Of a stretch of 64,000 nt of DNA, positions 36,609-52,110 are shown piece after piece. Below the pieces are notes generated by a model that saw only the letters and a list, made by a program, of their open reading frames with translations, did not search any database and was not told the origin of the DNA. A program made the translations under genes and the position numbers. How positions within the stretch are numbered: position 1 is the stretch's first letter; every line of letters starts with the position of its first letter. The DNA comes from the human T2T-CHM13v2.0 reference genome, Homo sapiens, in NCBI RefSeq assembly GCF_009914755.1, contig NC_060926.1; one strand, written 5' to 3'.

Positions 36609-39600
36609 GGAGCCTGTCCACATGGGCTGTACTAAGGATCTGGCACGAGGAAGAAATATCACTGCAGAACCTGAAGCCCTCCGTTGGAAGGGTCGTTCAC
36701 TCGAGTACCTATTCTAAGTAACAGTGACACAAAACACATGTTAGAAAAAAACAAAAAGTATGGTAGGTTATACTGTTTTTTAAAAGAAACTTTTATTTAT
36801 GCCTTTTGCTGTTAAGTCCTCTAATTTTACATTGGAACTGAGTCATTCTTGGAGCAAAACTAGAATAGGTTTGTATTTGTTTTCTTTTTGGATGTGTATC
36901 TAAATTGTACATAATTAAGAAAAAGCAAGTAATGGAAAAGCTGGAGATGTAGAACTTAGTTCCTTCTAACTTAGTATGCAATTGAAAGCCTCAAGTCAAG
37001 ACTCCTGTGTATTGTTTTGTATTAGGACTCTATTGTACAAATATTTGAGTACCTTAATATGAGTCAGTTACTTTTTCTAGATCTTGGATCCATGCCAGAC
37101 AACGCACATTCTGCAGACACTGGTTACTCCAGTGGCTCCTTACTGGAAACATATAATATCAGTGATAAGTGCTGTGAAGAAAATAAAACAATGATGTGCT
37201 GGTATGGATTTTTAACTTTTTTATGTGATGAACCACAGAATGATGGTTTTAAATGTATGAAATACATAGAATTGCAACAGAAACCAGTTATGAAATAATG
37301 AAGATATTAAATATGACATCTATATTTTAGTAAAGCATTAGTGAGGACTGTAAATGATCTTTAAAGAATTTGGCTTAAATTTAATCTAAAATTGCTATCA
37401 GGTATTTCACATCGCTGTAATTTTTGCCTGCATTCGTAACTGAAGAGATAAGTAAATGTCAGAGGTTAAGATAAATCTTTTTCTTTTTTTACCTGTCCAT
37501 ATTTACAAACATTCTGCGTTCCGTACATAGACGCCTGGATAAGAACCCCTGTGCAAGAATGACTTTGGTGCTACTTTAAAAAAAGTGGTTGGGGAAGACC
37601 TCATAGGAAATGACATCAATAATAGATTGCATGATAACCTATACTAGTTCTTACTGTTACCAATTTAAATTCTAACTGCTTAAAAGCTAACACGGTCCTT
37701 CCCTTTTTTTGAGCACCTGATTTGAAGTACTTTGAGTAGGCCTCAAGTGTCGTATGCAAGTACTAATCTAGGGGGTGTGCCTTTTTCAAAAGTGATTTTT
37801 GGAGAAGATAGGATGTAGTATTATAGCAAGGAAAATTCAGCATCTGGGATGATCATTTCCTTCTGATTAGAGAAATTTACCTTGTTAATATTCTGTTCAC
37901 CCAACCCTTCTACCCTCAGTGTTGACCAATACTGGAAAAAATTTAGGGCTTTGGAGTGAAATTTTAAAAGTTCAAAACCTTGATCTATTAATTAGTTTGC
38001 TTACCTTGAGGAAGTTGCTTATCTTAATCTTCTATTTGAACTTCAAGTACAAAAACCCTACTCACGGACTTAACTGTGACCATTAAATGAGATAACCAAA
38101 AGGCTGAAGATGATAGTGAGTTGATTTTACCTTTTTTCTACATACAGATGTTTCAGTTCTTTCATTAGTGGTTGAAGGTCTGCGTTCTTTTTCTCCCTCC
38201 ACTCCCTCCTTGACTACCCCCAGAATGAGCTTTGATGGTCTCTACTGGGCCTTTGGGGGGGATACATTATCCTGTTGTTTTTGTTCTGTTACTTATATAT
38301 AATACTCATGGATTTATTTCTACTTCTCTTCCATTTTCTAATTTATAATAACATGTGCATCTTGTTTTCCCTGCCAAACTAAATTTCGTGAGGGGGTACA
38401 TACTGCACAGTTTTTTTTGTCACATACTGCTTATGACACATGAATATGCAGAGCTTGTCAAGCTCTTTAATTAAGTTTAAAATGCTAATTGAGTGAATCA
38501 AAACTTAACCATTATGGTTAGGCTAAAAATGTCAGCTTGTGTTTATATAGTGCTTACCTCAGTATTGGAAATGCCATGAGTTTAGTATCAGAAGGACATT
38601 ATTACTAGTGCATTTTAAAGTGATACCAGTCATAGTTGCAAAAGAAAGTACACAATGGGAAATGGAAGAGAAATGTAGGGAATCAAAACAACTAGTTTTT
38701 TCCTTTATAACGGAAGTTTTATAATTCATCTTTTATGTAAGTGTAATTCTCATTAAAAATACCCTAAAGCTTAAAGTTTGCAAGGCTGCCCAGCCTAACC
38801 CACAACAGTTTGATGCTGCCCCCTAGCGTTTGATTCCCTTCACCTTTTGCTAAAATAAGGTAATGTTTAAATTACAATTAGATTTACTTACTGCTGTAAA
38901 TCTGGTCTATTTTAGTTTCCTCTGGGTAGTTAGTGTTGCTAATAAGATGGACGTAAGTGTTTTTGAACTGGTGAATTCTGATTGCTTTTAGCCCCCAGTT
39001 TTCCAAATAGGGGTGAATTTTGGGTAGAGATAGAACAATCACCAAGTTACCTTGCTCCAAAAAAGAAATTTACGTATGGGATTGTTTTCAAAGCGGGAAG
39101 TTAGCTGTGTAAATAACAACAATTTTATATATTTAATCTGGGCTTCTCCTTATCTTGAATGATATAAAAATCTACTTTCTAGATTAATTTAGTTCCATAT
39201 AACTTTGTATTGCTTTGACTGTACTGATAATAAAGTTTGAAAGTGTTAAATTTACATTGTGAGCTTTTTTTTAAAATTCGAATTTATTTTCTATGACTTT
39301 TATAGAATGATTCTTAAAAAATAGTTTCAAGGACCTCTTCATAGCCACAAGATTTCCTTTTTTATATCATTAATATTATTTTATGTGAATACTATAATGA
39401 AACCCAAGTATTCAGTTTACACACAGATATTATAACACAATATACCACTACACAAAGGCAATGAACAGATAACATTCTACAAAATCTACTTTACAGAAAG
39501 GATTTTCTGTAGTCAATGCAAACTCTTAAGGTTTTAGGTTTTATTTAGATTATTGCAATATCAGTATTTCAAACTCTTTTTTTTCTTTTTATTATCCCTT

Positions 39601-42125
39601 ATAAGTTCTATGGATAGGCCACAGGATAACTTTTAGCTTTTTCTAAAATATCCAAACATATTCTCAATAAAAAATTAGTGGAATGCTTAAAAGTATAGTA
39701 GGTATGAAGAAATATAGAATCAAAATTACAGTTTTAAATAATAGTATGTATTTATTTATATAGAGACAAGGATCTTGCCATGTTGTCCAGGCTGGTCACA
39801 AACTCTTGGGCTCAGGCAATCCTCCCATCTTGGCCTCCCAAAGTGCTGGGATTACAGGCATGAGCCACCGTGCCCAGCCAGTAATACTAAATTATTTCCA
39901 AATTAACTGCTTAGGAGACCACATACAATGTTCAGACATGTTAAAACAGGACACAATTCATTGTATCACATCAGTAATTCTGTGTCGAATACTGTTTTCC
40001 TATCAGAACGTAAGGGTTTTTTTGGATTGCCAGATACAAGGAGTGGTTATTTAATAGATTTTTAATGGTAGATATTTTTATGTTAAAAGATGTTAGAATA
40101 GGATGCTACTGGTGATACAGGTTTGCAGGCTTGTACAAGTATAAGGACAAAATCTAAAATCTTGCTCAGGTAGTGTTTATTTTCACAATCTAAAAGTAAA
40201 TATTTTGTCATAACCTTTTATAATCATGTTTTATAATTACTCATTTTTAGATACTGCTGAAAGGGAGGTATCAGATAATACTTATCCTTGTATTAATATT
40301 TCTAATCAATTTTACCCTTTTATATACTCGACTTTGGGGGACAGCCCATCCCGTTAAGATTTTTAGGGATTAGAAAAGCAAGAATGTTGTAGAATGTATC
40401 CTTATTAATATCATTATGTACTTCCATAGGACGAGAAGTATTGTTATAAGAACTGTGAACTACGAAGGAGGTTAATTTTAATCCTCTATAATGAAGATTT
40501 AATCAGTGATCACTTTAGGTTTTAGATTTTCATTGAATAAAGGAAGAAGAAAAACCTCAGTCACTTTTAGTGTAGTAAGAACATCAGAGATATGTATCCT
40601 ACTGTGGTGTTCCCTTTTTTTTTTTTTTGTGAGACAGTATCTCTGTTCCCCAGGCTGGAGTGCAGTGGTGAGATCAGGGCTCACTGCAGCCCTGACCTCC
40701 TGGGCTTGGGTCATCCCCTTACCTCATCCTTCCTAGTAGCTGGGAATACGGGAGCGTGTGCCACCATGCCTAGCTAATGTTTTGTATTTTTTATTGTAGA
40801 GACAAGAGTTTCACCATGTTGCCCAGGCTGGTCTCAAACTCTTGAACTCAAGTGAGCTACCTGCCTTGGCCTCCTGAAGTGCTGGGATTACAGGCATGAG
40901 CCACCGTGCCCAGCCTATGCTATTACTTTAATATCTATAAATAAAAAGAAACAATTTCAGATATTCCTTGCCTTCCCACCTCTAGGCTTTTTTCTAAATT
41001 CACTTTTATATATTTGAATTTTTGAGTTTTAAAATAGTGGTTTCCCCTATAATTGTCTGCTGGATTGGCACTTTAAAAAAAAATCTGTAAATTAAATTTG
41101 GATCAGCAAACTATGGGCCAAATATCCCTGCTTCTGTAAATTGTTGGAACAAAACTTGCTTATTGATGTGTGTATTGTCTATAGCTGCTCTTGCGGTAAA
41201 ATACTTTAGTAGAAAAATGTTCAGTCAAATGATCAATTCATAGGTAATGTGAATTTGCAGGTGTTCTTTACCTACATAGTAGAGAAGCTTTTTGTCTCTT
41301 TCCGCTTTCCATTTTTCCTCTGCAGAGGGAATTATGCTTTATTATGCTTGGAGTCGGAAAAGGAATGTGAAGCCCTTGGCCTTCAACTGTTGGTTACCAC
41401 CGAACTGTCACACTGTTTGTAGCTACTTATGTAGCTCTCTCACAGTTTACCTTTTCTAATTGAAAAGCTGATTGTGTCTTCCTTGTAACTCTCTCAGAGC
41501 AGGAAATGGATCATATTTTTATGCCGCCTATGTCTCATGTCTTCTTTCCCTTCCCCTTTCCCTCCTATCTTCTCACTCCCCTCATAAAGCAATTCAAAAC
41601 TGCATGCTTACAGGCCTTTAAACAAATATTTTGGTATATTAACTCAGTGCACTTCTACTGAAGATGACTCCTTACATTATTTTGCTTGCATGTGAAGAAA
41701 TATACTTTGCACTGTGTTATAGAGGAACATAGCTTCTTGATGAAAGGGGCTAGGGAAAGATTTATTTAAATACTTTATCAATATAAATGAAACAATACAT
41801 GGTGTGTTACTACATTATAAAATGAGATCAGTAAAACAATGTAAGAAAACGTAATAATAAGATAGTATAATATACACATAACGTATTCTGTGTATATATA
41901 CATTATAAGGCAGTGAGATCATGTTTTCTATTCCCATGGACCTTTTTTAGAAAAGCATATCATATTTTCATAATTTTTTAATGTTTGGAATATACTGTTT
42001 TTAAGATTTTGATTTTATGGTGTTTCAAGAATATAGAAGTTATGAAAAAAAAAGAAATAAGAGAAAAGTAAATTGTATATTAAAACAGAAAAAAGATTTG
42101 GGTTTTAAATTAGGATAGTCTATAG

Positions 42126-42310
42126 TTTTTTTCTTTTTTTTTTTTTTCAACTTTTATTTTAGATTCAGGGGGTACATGTACAGGTTTGTTACCTGGGTTA
42201 TATTGTGTGATGCTGAAGTTTGGGGCATGAATGATCCTGTCATCCAGGTACTGAGCATGGTGCCCAACAACTAGTTTTTCAGCCCTTTCCCTCCTCCTTC
42301 TCTCCCGTTT
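42126..42310 (-). mobile_element. Truncated L1PA (older primate subfamily) 3' end
   Basis: Poly-T followed by caacttttattttagattcagggggtacatgtacaggtttgttac. Confidence 0.8.
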
Positions 42311-43458
42311 TTTCCAAATAAAGTGAATAATTGAATGTATATAACATCTTATGAAAGCACATACAGTGTACATATAGAATTTATTTTCAAGCAAATAATC
42401 ATGCCAGTTAAAAATTGAAAATCAGAAAGGTATGCTAAAGTTAAATCACTGAAATATATTAAGAAAAAAGTTCTTTAAATTCACTGTAAATATAATTTCA
42501 TGGAATATATAATTTCTAAAACAAATTCTTAAATCTTTTTCTGTGAAGATTTTTGCGTAAACACAAGTACTTAAGGTTTTTTAGTTAACTGATATGTGTG
42601 TGAAAGTGTTGGATGTTAGTGCAACTGACATTTTTCTTTTTCCTAAAAAAGAAATAGATGTTAGGGGTTTTAGTTTTTTAGGAGTTATTTTTAATTATAG
42701 CTTTTCTTTTAAAAAAAAATAAGAAAATATACACTAAAATATGGGGAGAAAAAACTTTTAAAATTTAGCAGCAGTCATAGAAGAAATTGCAGAAACCTTA
42801 ATAAGTTTCATTGCATGTACATGAAAACATCTATACATGAAAGGGAAAACATGATCAAAATAAAAAGGAACAGAACTGCAGGGTTTTTGCAGAAAATGTG
42901 ACTGAATCATGTTATGTAAAAGCTCATATATGTTGGAAAAAATATTGAGACATCAGGAATAACTTTAAAAATATGAATTAAAAATAAAGTAAGACCTTTT
43001 ATTTATTTAAAAATTTATAATAATGTGAATGAGAGTGCTATGATCATACTGCTGGTGGCAGTATAACCAAGCTTAATTTCTCTAGAAATCAATTTGGAAA
43101 GTAAGTATATGACAAAACCTGAAAAGTGTTAAAGTTTTTATAGTTTTTCCCCTCATCTTGGAATTCATTCGAAGCAAGTAATCAAAGATAATAGCACAAA
43201 TTGGAATTAAAATGTTTGCATATTGTGTTTCAGACTGCAAACAGGCTGGGTGCAGTGGCTCACACCTGTAATCCCAGCACTTTGGGAAGCCGGGGTGGGA
43301 GGATTACTTAAGGCCAAGAGTTTGAGACCATCCTGGGCAACATAGGGAAACCACCATCTCGACAAAAAATTTAGCCCAGTGTGAGGTCGGGCACGGTGGC
43401 TCACGCCTGTAATCCCAGCGCTTTGGGAGGCTGAGGGGGGCTGGATCACCTGAGGTCA

Positions 43459-43677
<219 letters not shown>

Positions 43678-46600
43678 TTAGCTGGGTGTGGTGCTGCGCA
43701 CCTGTAGTCCCAGCTATGTAGGAGGATGGCTTCAGCCCAGGAATTTGAGACTTCAGTGAGCTATCATTGCACCACTGCACTACAGCCTGGGCAACAGTGG
43801 AAACCTGCCTCAAAAAATAAATACTTGAAAAACCCACAGACAAATGCTTGTGAAAATCTTAAAGCTAGAATTCATTTTCTTCCACATGTGACATTATTTT
43901 ATTGGTTTGTCAACTAAAATTTAATTTATAATTGCCAACTTTTAGGTTTTTTTCAAAGTTATACATGAATATAGTTTAAAGAATCAAATAGTTGTGTGAA
44001 GTTTCTTGGGGGGAAAAATCAGTCCCCTGTCTGTTCCTTTCATATTCTGCCTAGAGAGATAAGGAACCCCTTAATTCCTTTAGTTGATTATTTTGCTATT
44101 CATTACCATGTCTCCAGATAACATGTTCATTACTTGCAGCTGATTTTCAGTTCTAACCATTATCTATTTAATGAAGAATGATTTTAGTGCTCTTTCACTT
44201 CTGTGCATACCTTCCTATTTCCTGTACTCCAGTTTCTCCGTACAATTTTCATTGTAATTTTGGTTTAGAACAGTAATTGGGGTTACATTTTTATGCTATA
44301 AATATTATTTTATACAATGTGCCATTGTAATAAATGACTACTTTCCTGCACAACTTTGTTTTTTCTGGTAATAATTAGCTTGATTTTTTTGTCCTTTTAT
44401 TTAATATGCATATATTAAAAGACCCCAGCTCTGTGTTTCTGAATGTAGCTATATAAGAAAGGGGAATGTGGTCAAGACTCTATGTTCAAGAATTTTATGT
44501 AGTTTTAAAAAATTAATTGGACAGAAAGCTCCCATGTTGGGGAATAAGTAGCCTCTGTGTTGTCTGAAACATAAAAAAAGTCAATGTTATACAAAGATTG
44601 ACTTGGAGATTTTTTGATTATTTTTTTCCCATGACGTCATGGAAAAGAAGGATCATTTTAGCTGGCAGTTTTTACAATGGCAAGCTGGTATAAAATCAAG
44701 GATGTATAACAGTGACAAGACACTGAAAAAGGGAAGGGTGAAAATGCATGGAATAATAAAGATTTGAGGTAGTGCAGCAGTAGCTATTTTTAGAATAAAG
44801 ACAGCTGTCAGTGATGAGTGGAAAGAGAACAATAAGCTGTTGCCAGGCTGGAGTATAGTGGTACGATCACAGCTCACTGCAGCCTTGACCTCCCGGGCTC
44901 AAGTAATCCTCCCACCTGAGCCTCCCAGGTAGCTGGGACTACAGGCATGGGCTACCACACCTGGCTAATTTTTAAAACATTTTCTGTAGAGATGGGGTTT
45001 GGCCATGTTGCTCAGGATGCTCTCAAATTCCTGGGCTCAAGCCATATGCCTGCTTTGGTCTCCCAAAGTGCTGGGATTACAGGTGTGAGCCACTGCATCT
45101 GGCTGGTTAGCACTGTAAGTCTGCTTCATAATGCATGTAACTAAAATCATAAACATTTTAGTAGCTTCAAAAGACATCCCAACGACTGCATTTACTAATC
45201 TCAGATGTTTGTATTCACAAATAGCAGAACAGAGGTAGCAATATTACAGGTAGCTTTCTCCAATATGGTTCCAGGTTCCCTGTAACGAAAGGCTGAAAAG
45301 CAGAAATGCAGGTAATTGTTTTGACATTTGATGAGAAAATGTAGGTTTGTACATGAATGTATAGAATACAATAAAGATAGATATGATGTGTTGTTGATTG
45401 ATTTGATACTTTAAATCAAGGTATAAATGTTTATATTCTCTCTCAAGTTAGTGAAACAGGAGAACTGAGTTAATGCCCAAGCTTAATTAGCATGCACTTA
45501 ACTTTTTACATGAATGAATCTCAGTGGAAAGATTGGGTTGCCTGAACTGTGCTTTTATTTATTTATTGGAAGAGTTGCAGTGGCATTCCAAACTGAATAT
45601 GATTTCCAGTAGATTAGATAGCTGGTGAAGTAGGGGGATGAAAAAGCAAACCATGAAGCTGTAAGAGGATTTTGTGGTCCCTGCTGAGAACTCATTACTA
45701 AAATACTTTTTATCCCTTGAAGAATATTCTAATGTCAGTGAAACTGGTAAGGTGTAGTGAGTCTTTCCAACTTCTGCTCAGATACTAGTGAATTGGGTGC
45801 CTCCTGCAATCTAGAGCAGGTCTTGGATGTGCTAACGATGCATGTGCTCTTGTAATATTTTGTTAGCATTCTTTCAAAAGAGTCACAACAGAGAGACTCC
45901 TCCCCCACCACCATACTTTTTGTAATTTAAGTGAAAGATACATAATACTACATCTAATAATGGTAATACCTTAGGTTAATATATTTAATTGCTTTACAAA
46001 GCAGTTTCGTATACATTGGTTTATTTGGTGGATAAGTGTAGGTATTATTTTCCCTGTTTTGCAGAGAGAAAACAGTGGCACAACCGGGATGAACTAGAGA
46101 CAGAGGTTTCTGATTCCTGGTTCTGTACTGTATACAAAATACCACATTTAATGGATATACGAGAAGTAGGGACAGAACTCAATTTATATTATTAATAGCT
46201 TGCACTTAAATAACATTTAAATATTGCAAATAATGTAGGAAAATTAACAAATATTTTACAAAAATATGTACGTAATTTTATTTTGTTCTTATAGTTACCA
46301 TAAAATAGAACAGAAATTAACAGTCCCACTTTATAAGTAGTAATAAGACTTAAAGTGGTTAAGGGACTTGCTCAAGGACTCATAGCTAATAAATGGCAGA
46401 GTCAGATCTCTAACATCTTTGACTCCTAGGCTAATCTATCTTCACTATGCACACAGCCTCACTGCTTCTCTGTTACTCTGTGTGTGCCATTACTGAATCA
46501 CAGAAGGAAACTAAATTGATATTTGACTACCTACATTGCTGTCAAGATAAAGTTTGATAAAGCCATTCAGTCATATAGATACCAGCTGTGTTTATATGAT

Positions 46601-47277
46601 TGAGGCTATAAAACTGATTTCAACCATTTAAAGTAGTCCTGTAATGAAACTTTTAAAAAATGAAGTCCTTTATGAAATTAGGAAACTGTATATACATTTA
46701 TTGAATAGATTTTCACATTAAGTTTACTTAAAACATGGTATATTATCCAGGATGAGGGTTTTAGTGATTAATCTTTTGGTTTCTACCTTATTTACCTTCA
46801 GAATAGCAATCTGGAACACTGAAAAAGCTTGCTTTAAAACCTTGCTAAGCAACTTATAGTATCTTTCCCCATCATTATTAGCATATTTTGTGTGTTTGTG
46901 TGCATGTGCACATGTGCATACACACATGGGTATGAAAGAAAGAATTGCGATACAGATAATAACTTCTCATTCTTTTATTTGGTCTTCATTTTCCTTTAAA
47001 AAAATACTCCCTAGAGTAAAAAGAGGTTTTTGTTGTTGTTGTTGTTTGTTTGTTTTTTGGTTGTTGGTTTTGGTTTTAGTGAAATGAGTTAAGTAGATTA
47101 CACACAGGCAATAAGTACTAAATTGATTGGGCCGGGTACTGTCGCTCGCACCCAGCACTTTGGGTCACATCCCAGCACTTTGGGAGGCTGAGGCGGGTAG
47201 ATTACCTGAGGTCAGGAGTTCAAGACCAACCTGGCCAACATAGTGAAACCCTGTCTCTACTAAAAATACAAAAATTA

Positions 47278-47491
<214 letters not shown>

Positions 47492-48075
47492 CTATTTTTC
47501 TTACTATGTCAGACAGTCATTTTGTTAAGTAATCTAAATTTATTCACAATGTCTTGGTTTTTTCTATTGAGTAAGTAGTATTAGGAGACAATTTCTTTTC
47601 CCTTAAAAAAAGTCTTTGTAGTATATTTTAGATGACTTTAATAAAGATCTCACAGTGTTCTGGTTTCAAGATACACAAATATGCTACTGTAGTAGACTAA
47701 AGAGCCCCTGTCTTTCAAGTCAGAGAAATGCCACAGACTTGAAATAACAGCTTAATCACGTTAGATACCTTTTCTGGGTCTTAGATTCCTTGTACATAAC
47801 ATTATTTAGCTAAATACACCTGAGGATTTTTAAAATCTCAAACATTCTACATTTTTATTATGTTCATCTATATGAAATAAAAAACAATCTAAGACAAAAT
47901 ATCTGTAGGAAGATTTGTCATGTTAACCATTTGTATATATTCCTACTGAACTTGTTATTTAGGTGTTTAATTTTATTTAAAATTTTTAAAATTTGTAGCT
48001 TGGCATTTTACACATTTCAAAACTACAATCCAAAGCCTATAGTTAAGGTTTTTGTAGGCTGGGCACGATGGCTTA

Positions 48076-48713
<638 letters not shown>

Positions 48714-48819
48714 ACAATATAGACCATTTCACAAATTTGCATGTTATCTTTGTGCAGGGGCTATGCCAATCTTCTCTGTATTTTTTCAATCTTGGTGTAT
48801 GTGCTGCTGAAGCACACAC
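48714..48819 (-). pseudogene. Full-length U6 snRNA retropseudogene (5' part of a U6/L1 chimera)
   Basis: Reverse complement aligns without gaps to the 106-nt U6 (GTGCTCGCTTCGGCAGCACATATAC...ACAGAGAAGATTAGCATGGCCCC...CCATATTTT), with about 22 mismatches by manual count. Confidence 0.92.
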
Positions 48820-51800
48820 CCTAATTCCTTTCATTTAAGGATCTAGTTAACCTTTCTCTTAAGTATAACCATGTATTTTGTTAAGCAATATCTTTTTATT
48901 ACAAAAATGCCATTTTTTTCTGGTTAGAAAATTGATTTTCTATTACAATATTTTTTAGAGTGTGTGTAAAACCTGATGAAATTTGAATAAGGTTCGTAGT
49001 TAATAGTATCGATGTCAGTTTCTTGGTTTTGAACATGTACTACAGTTATGTTAGATGTTATTGGGAAAAGTTGGGGAAAGAGTACATGGAAACTCTGAAC
49101 TAATTTTACAACTTCTTGTGAATCTTAAATTATTTCAAAATAAGTTAAAAAAAGCACATTTCCCTTTGCGTATTATTAAGTATGGATGTGTTTCTAGAAA
49201 TTATGTGTTACTGATTTTACTAATTGAAGGTTGGAATAAACTTCATGTGGGGAATAAAAATTAAGTTTTGGATGAAATATAACACAGCTACAGAAAAGTA
49301 CTCAAATGTTAAGTGTAAAATTCAAGCAGTTTTCATGAAGTGAAGTGCAACCATGTACCCAGCACCCAGGTAAGGAAATAGGACATTAATAGGAACCCAG
49401 AATTCCTCTCATGATTCTGCCCAGTCACTCCCCACACCAAAGTATAATCACTTCACTACACATTTAGTTCTGGTTTTAGTCTTAAATACAAGAGAATATT
49501 AGTGAACTTCATTTTTTCTTTGCATCCAAAGCAAAATATTTGCATTCAAAATAGTATAATAATTAGCACAATGATTAAGTTCCTAACTGTAAATTAGCCC
49601 CACTCTTAATGCAGAAATTATACAGTGATAGAATACTTAGGCTTTTAACTGTGGTTATGTATTGGAAATCAACAGCAAAAGATGAAAATAAATTTGTTGT
49701 GGCACTGCTAGTTATTTACCGGAATCCCTTTTCCCATTTCTTGTCAGTAGCCTCATCCATTGATGTCGACAGCACCTAGCAGAACTCTTCAGCAGATGTA
49801 ACTCAGCTGAACTGAAAAAATATTATCAATTATAAAACTAACATATTCTTAATGCATAAAACTTGGAAAACTCCAAAACACAAGAGACATAATAGAATAT
49901 TTTGGCTTGGGCAAAGCTGTGTCCTATAAATGTCAGTTTTTAGGGTTGAGTGGTATATGGGCTTCTACCATTTCCCCCATTCCTGTCTCCATCTCAGAGA
50001 TCCTCTTTGTGCTGTCGATGGAAAAGATTGTTAACATCTACTGGAATGCTTGGGAAACTCTGTAAGTTGGTGAGACCCTGGCCTCCTAGCCAATTGAGAT
50101 CATGTGACTAACCCCTTGCCAGTGGAATGTGATGAGAAGTGATGCCTGCAACTTCTACTTCCCTTGATACTGAAGAAGAAACTTCTGAACCTGGACTTCC
50201 ATTCTTTCTCTTTCCCTGTTGGCTGGAATATCAACTATGTAAGAATGTTATGTCTCTGAATGACTGGAGCGGAGCTGCACTCAGACCCGGAGCGGTCATC
50301 TTTTTTTTTTTTAATGTCCAAGTGATTTAATATGGAGTAGTCATCTTCAACTGTTATTGAGAGAGACAAAAACTTGCCCATTTCTTAAACCACTGCCTTT
50401 TGAGAGGGGTCTCTTTGCAATCAATAGCTGCTTAGCCTGTGATAACAAAATGCATATTTCATCTAAATGATTTTTTTTTTCTTTTGAGACAGGGTCTTGC
50501 TCTGTCACCCAGGCTGGAGTGCACAGCACAGCACGATCTTGGCTCACTACAGCCTGGCCCTCCTGGGTTCAATCAATCCTCCCACCTTAGCCTGTTAAGT
50601 AGCTGGGAGTACAGGCATACACCACCACACCAGCTAATTTTTTACTTTTTTTGTAGAGATAAGCTCTCAGTATGTTGCCTAGGCTGGCCTCAAACTCCTG
50701 GGCTCAACCATCCTCCTGCCTTGGCCTCCTACTAAAGTGCCAGGATTACAGGCATGATCCACCATACCTGGCCTAAATGATTCTGAAAGCATACATCTGC
50801 TATAGTAGTTCTAAACTAAAGTTGCAAAGTTAGTGAATGATTTACTTTAATAAATAAAAAAAAGCACAGGTTTAGTATTACCTCATAACGTTGCTTGTAT
50901 CATTGTATTCCTATATTCTCTTAAATGTAAGTGATTAGAGTACTCAAGATACTTAAAATCTTTTCCATAATAGAGTATGATGTATTTAAAAAGTAGAGAC
51001 AAATGACGTTTTAAAGCTTGTGTAAACCATCTACAGCTTTTGTGTTTCGTGGAGTCATTCATTTGATGATGTCTGATCAATATATATGAATGTCCTGTTT
51101 CCACCTCTGGTACCTATTCATTTGACAGTGAGATAACATGCATTAAAGAAACCTCATGGTATTTACATATCAGCTGAATGAAGCAACACTCACACCTTTA
51201 ATTAGCATCTTCTAGTGGAAAATCAAGGTAACTGCAGGGAGTGTAACAGGGAGCTAAAGGAATATGTATCTTCCTTTGCTTAACAGTGGTCTTAATCACC
51301 CACGCCTTTTTATCTTCATTAGTGTACGAGTAAAATTGATACACCGTTTAAATGGTGACTTTATCCATGAGACTGTGAGATTAAAAAACATCTCAAACTT
51401 AATGCTGCTTTGGAATTGTTTTATAGGCTATTTTAAAAAATGCTTAACCTATATATGCCATATATGATAATTCAACTTAATTTATTCAGATAGATCATAA
51501 CATTCAGTTGACTAAACTATTATTTATTAATTTATTTTGAGACAATGTCTCTTATTGCCCAGGCTGGAGTGCAGTGGCAAGATCAGGGCTCACTGCAGCC
51601 TTGACCACCCAAGCTCAGATGATCCTCCTACCTTGGCTTCTGACACGCCACCATGCCCAACTAATTTTTTTTGTATTTTTTTTGTAGAGATGGGGTTCTG
51701 CCATGTTGCTCAGGCTGGTCTTGAACTTGCGCTCAAGATCCGCCAACCTCTGCCTCCCAAAGTGTTGGAATTGCAGGCGTGAGCCACAGTGCCCAGCCCA

Positions 51801-51832
51801 AAGTATCATTTTAGAGAAATGGAAGTGTTTGG

Positions 51833-51994
51833 TAATTTATTTGTATAAATAGGCACTCTCAAATGTTGTCTAGCTTGCATCAAACTCACTAGAAAGGCTG
51901 GATAAGTCATTGCTAATTTATATGTGTAAATAGGCACTCTCAAATTTTGTGTAGCTTGCATCAGACTCACTAGAAAGGCTGGATAAGTCATTGC
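51833..51994. repeat. 81-bp tandem duplication (2 copies)
   Basis: 51833-51913 vs 51914-51994, 5 mismatches. Confidence 0.93.
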
Positions 51995-52110
51995 TGGGTC
52001 CTATCCCTAATGTTTCTGTTATAGTAGGTCTGGGTGGGATGCAGGAATTTGCCTTTCAGATTTCTAGCAAGCTTATGCTGCTCTCACAACCACAGTTTGA
52101 TTAACCACTG
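51945..52110. mobile_element. MER5A-like hAT element
   Basis: ctctcaaatttt...gcatcaga...ttgctgggtcc...agtaggtctgggtggg. Confidence 0.55.

Larger units (their letters stand above)
35100..36620. promoter_or_regulatory. CpG island / TATA-less promoter of SLC39A10
   Basis: Abrupt rise in GC and CpG density relative to CpG-depleted flanks; contains the first-exon donors; the neighbourhood is Alu-free. Confidence 0.93.

Noticed and set aside
35577-36662. Long ORFs (219 aa +, 242 aa -, 103 aa -, 111 aa +) in the CpG island
   Set aside because: Arg/Gly/Pro/Ala-rich, no recognisable domain, and expected from stop-codon scarcity in GC-rich DNA; the + ORF crosses the exon 1b donor.
51806-51991. 61-aa ORF with an internal repeat
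   Set aside because: Simply the translation of the 81-bp tandem duplication.
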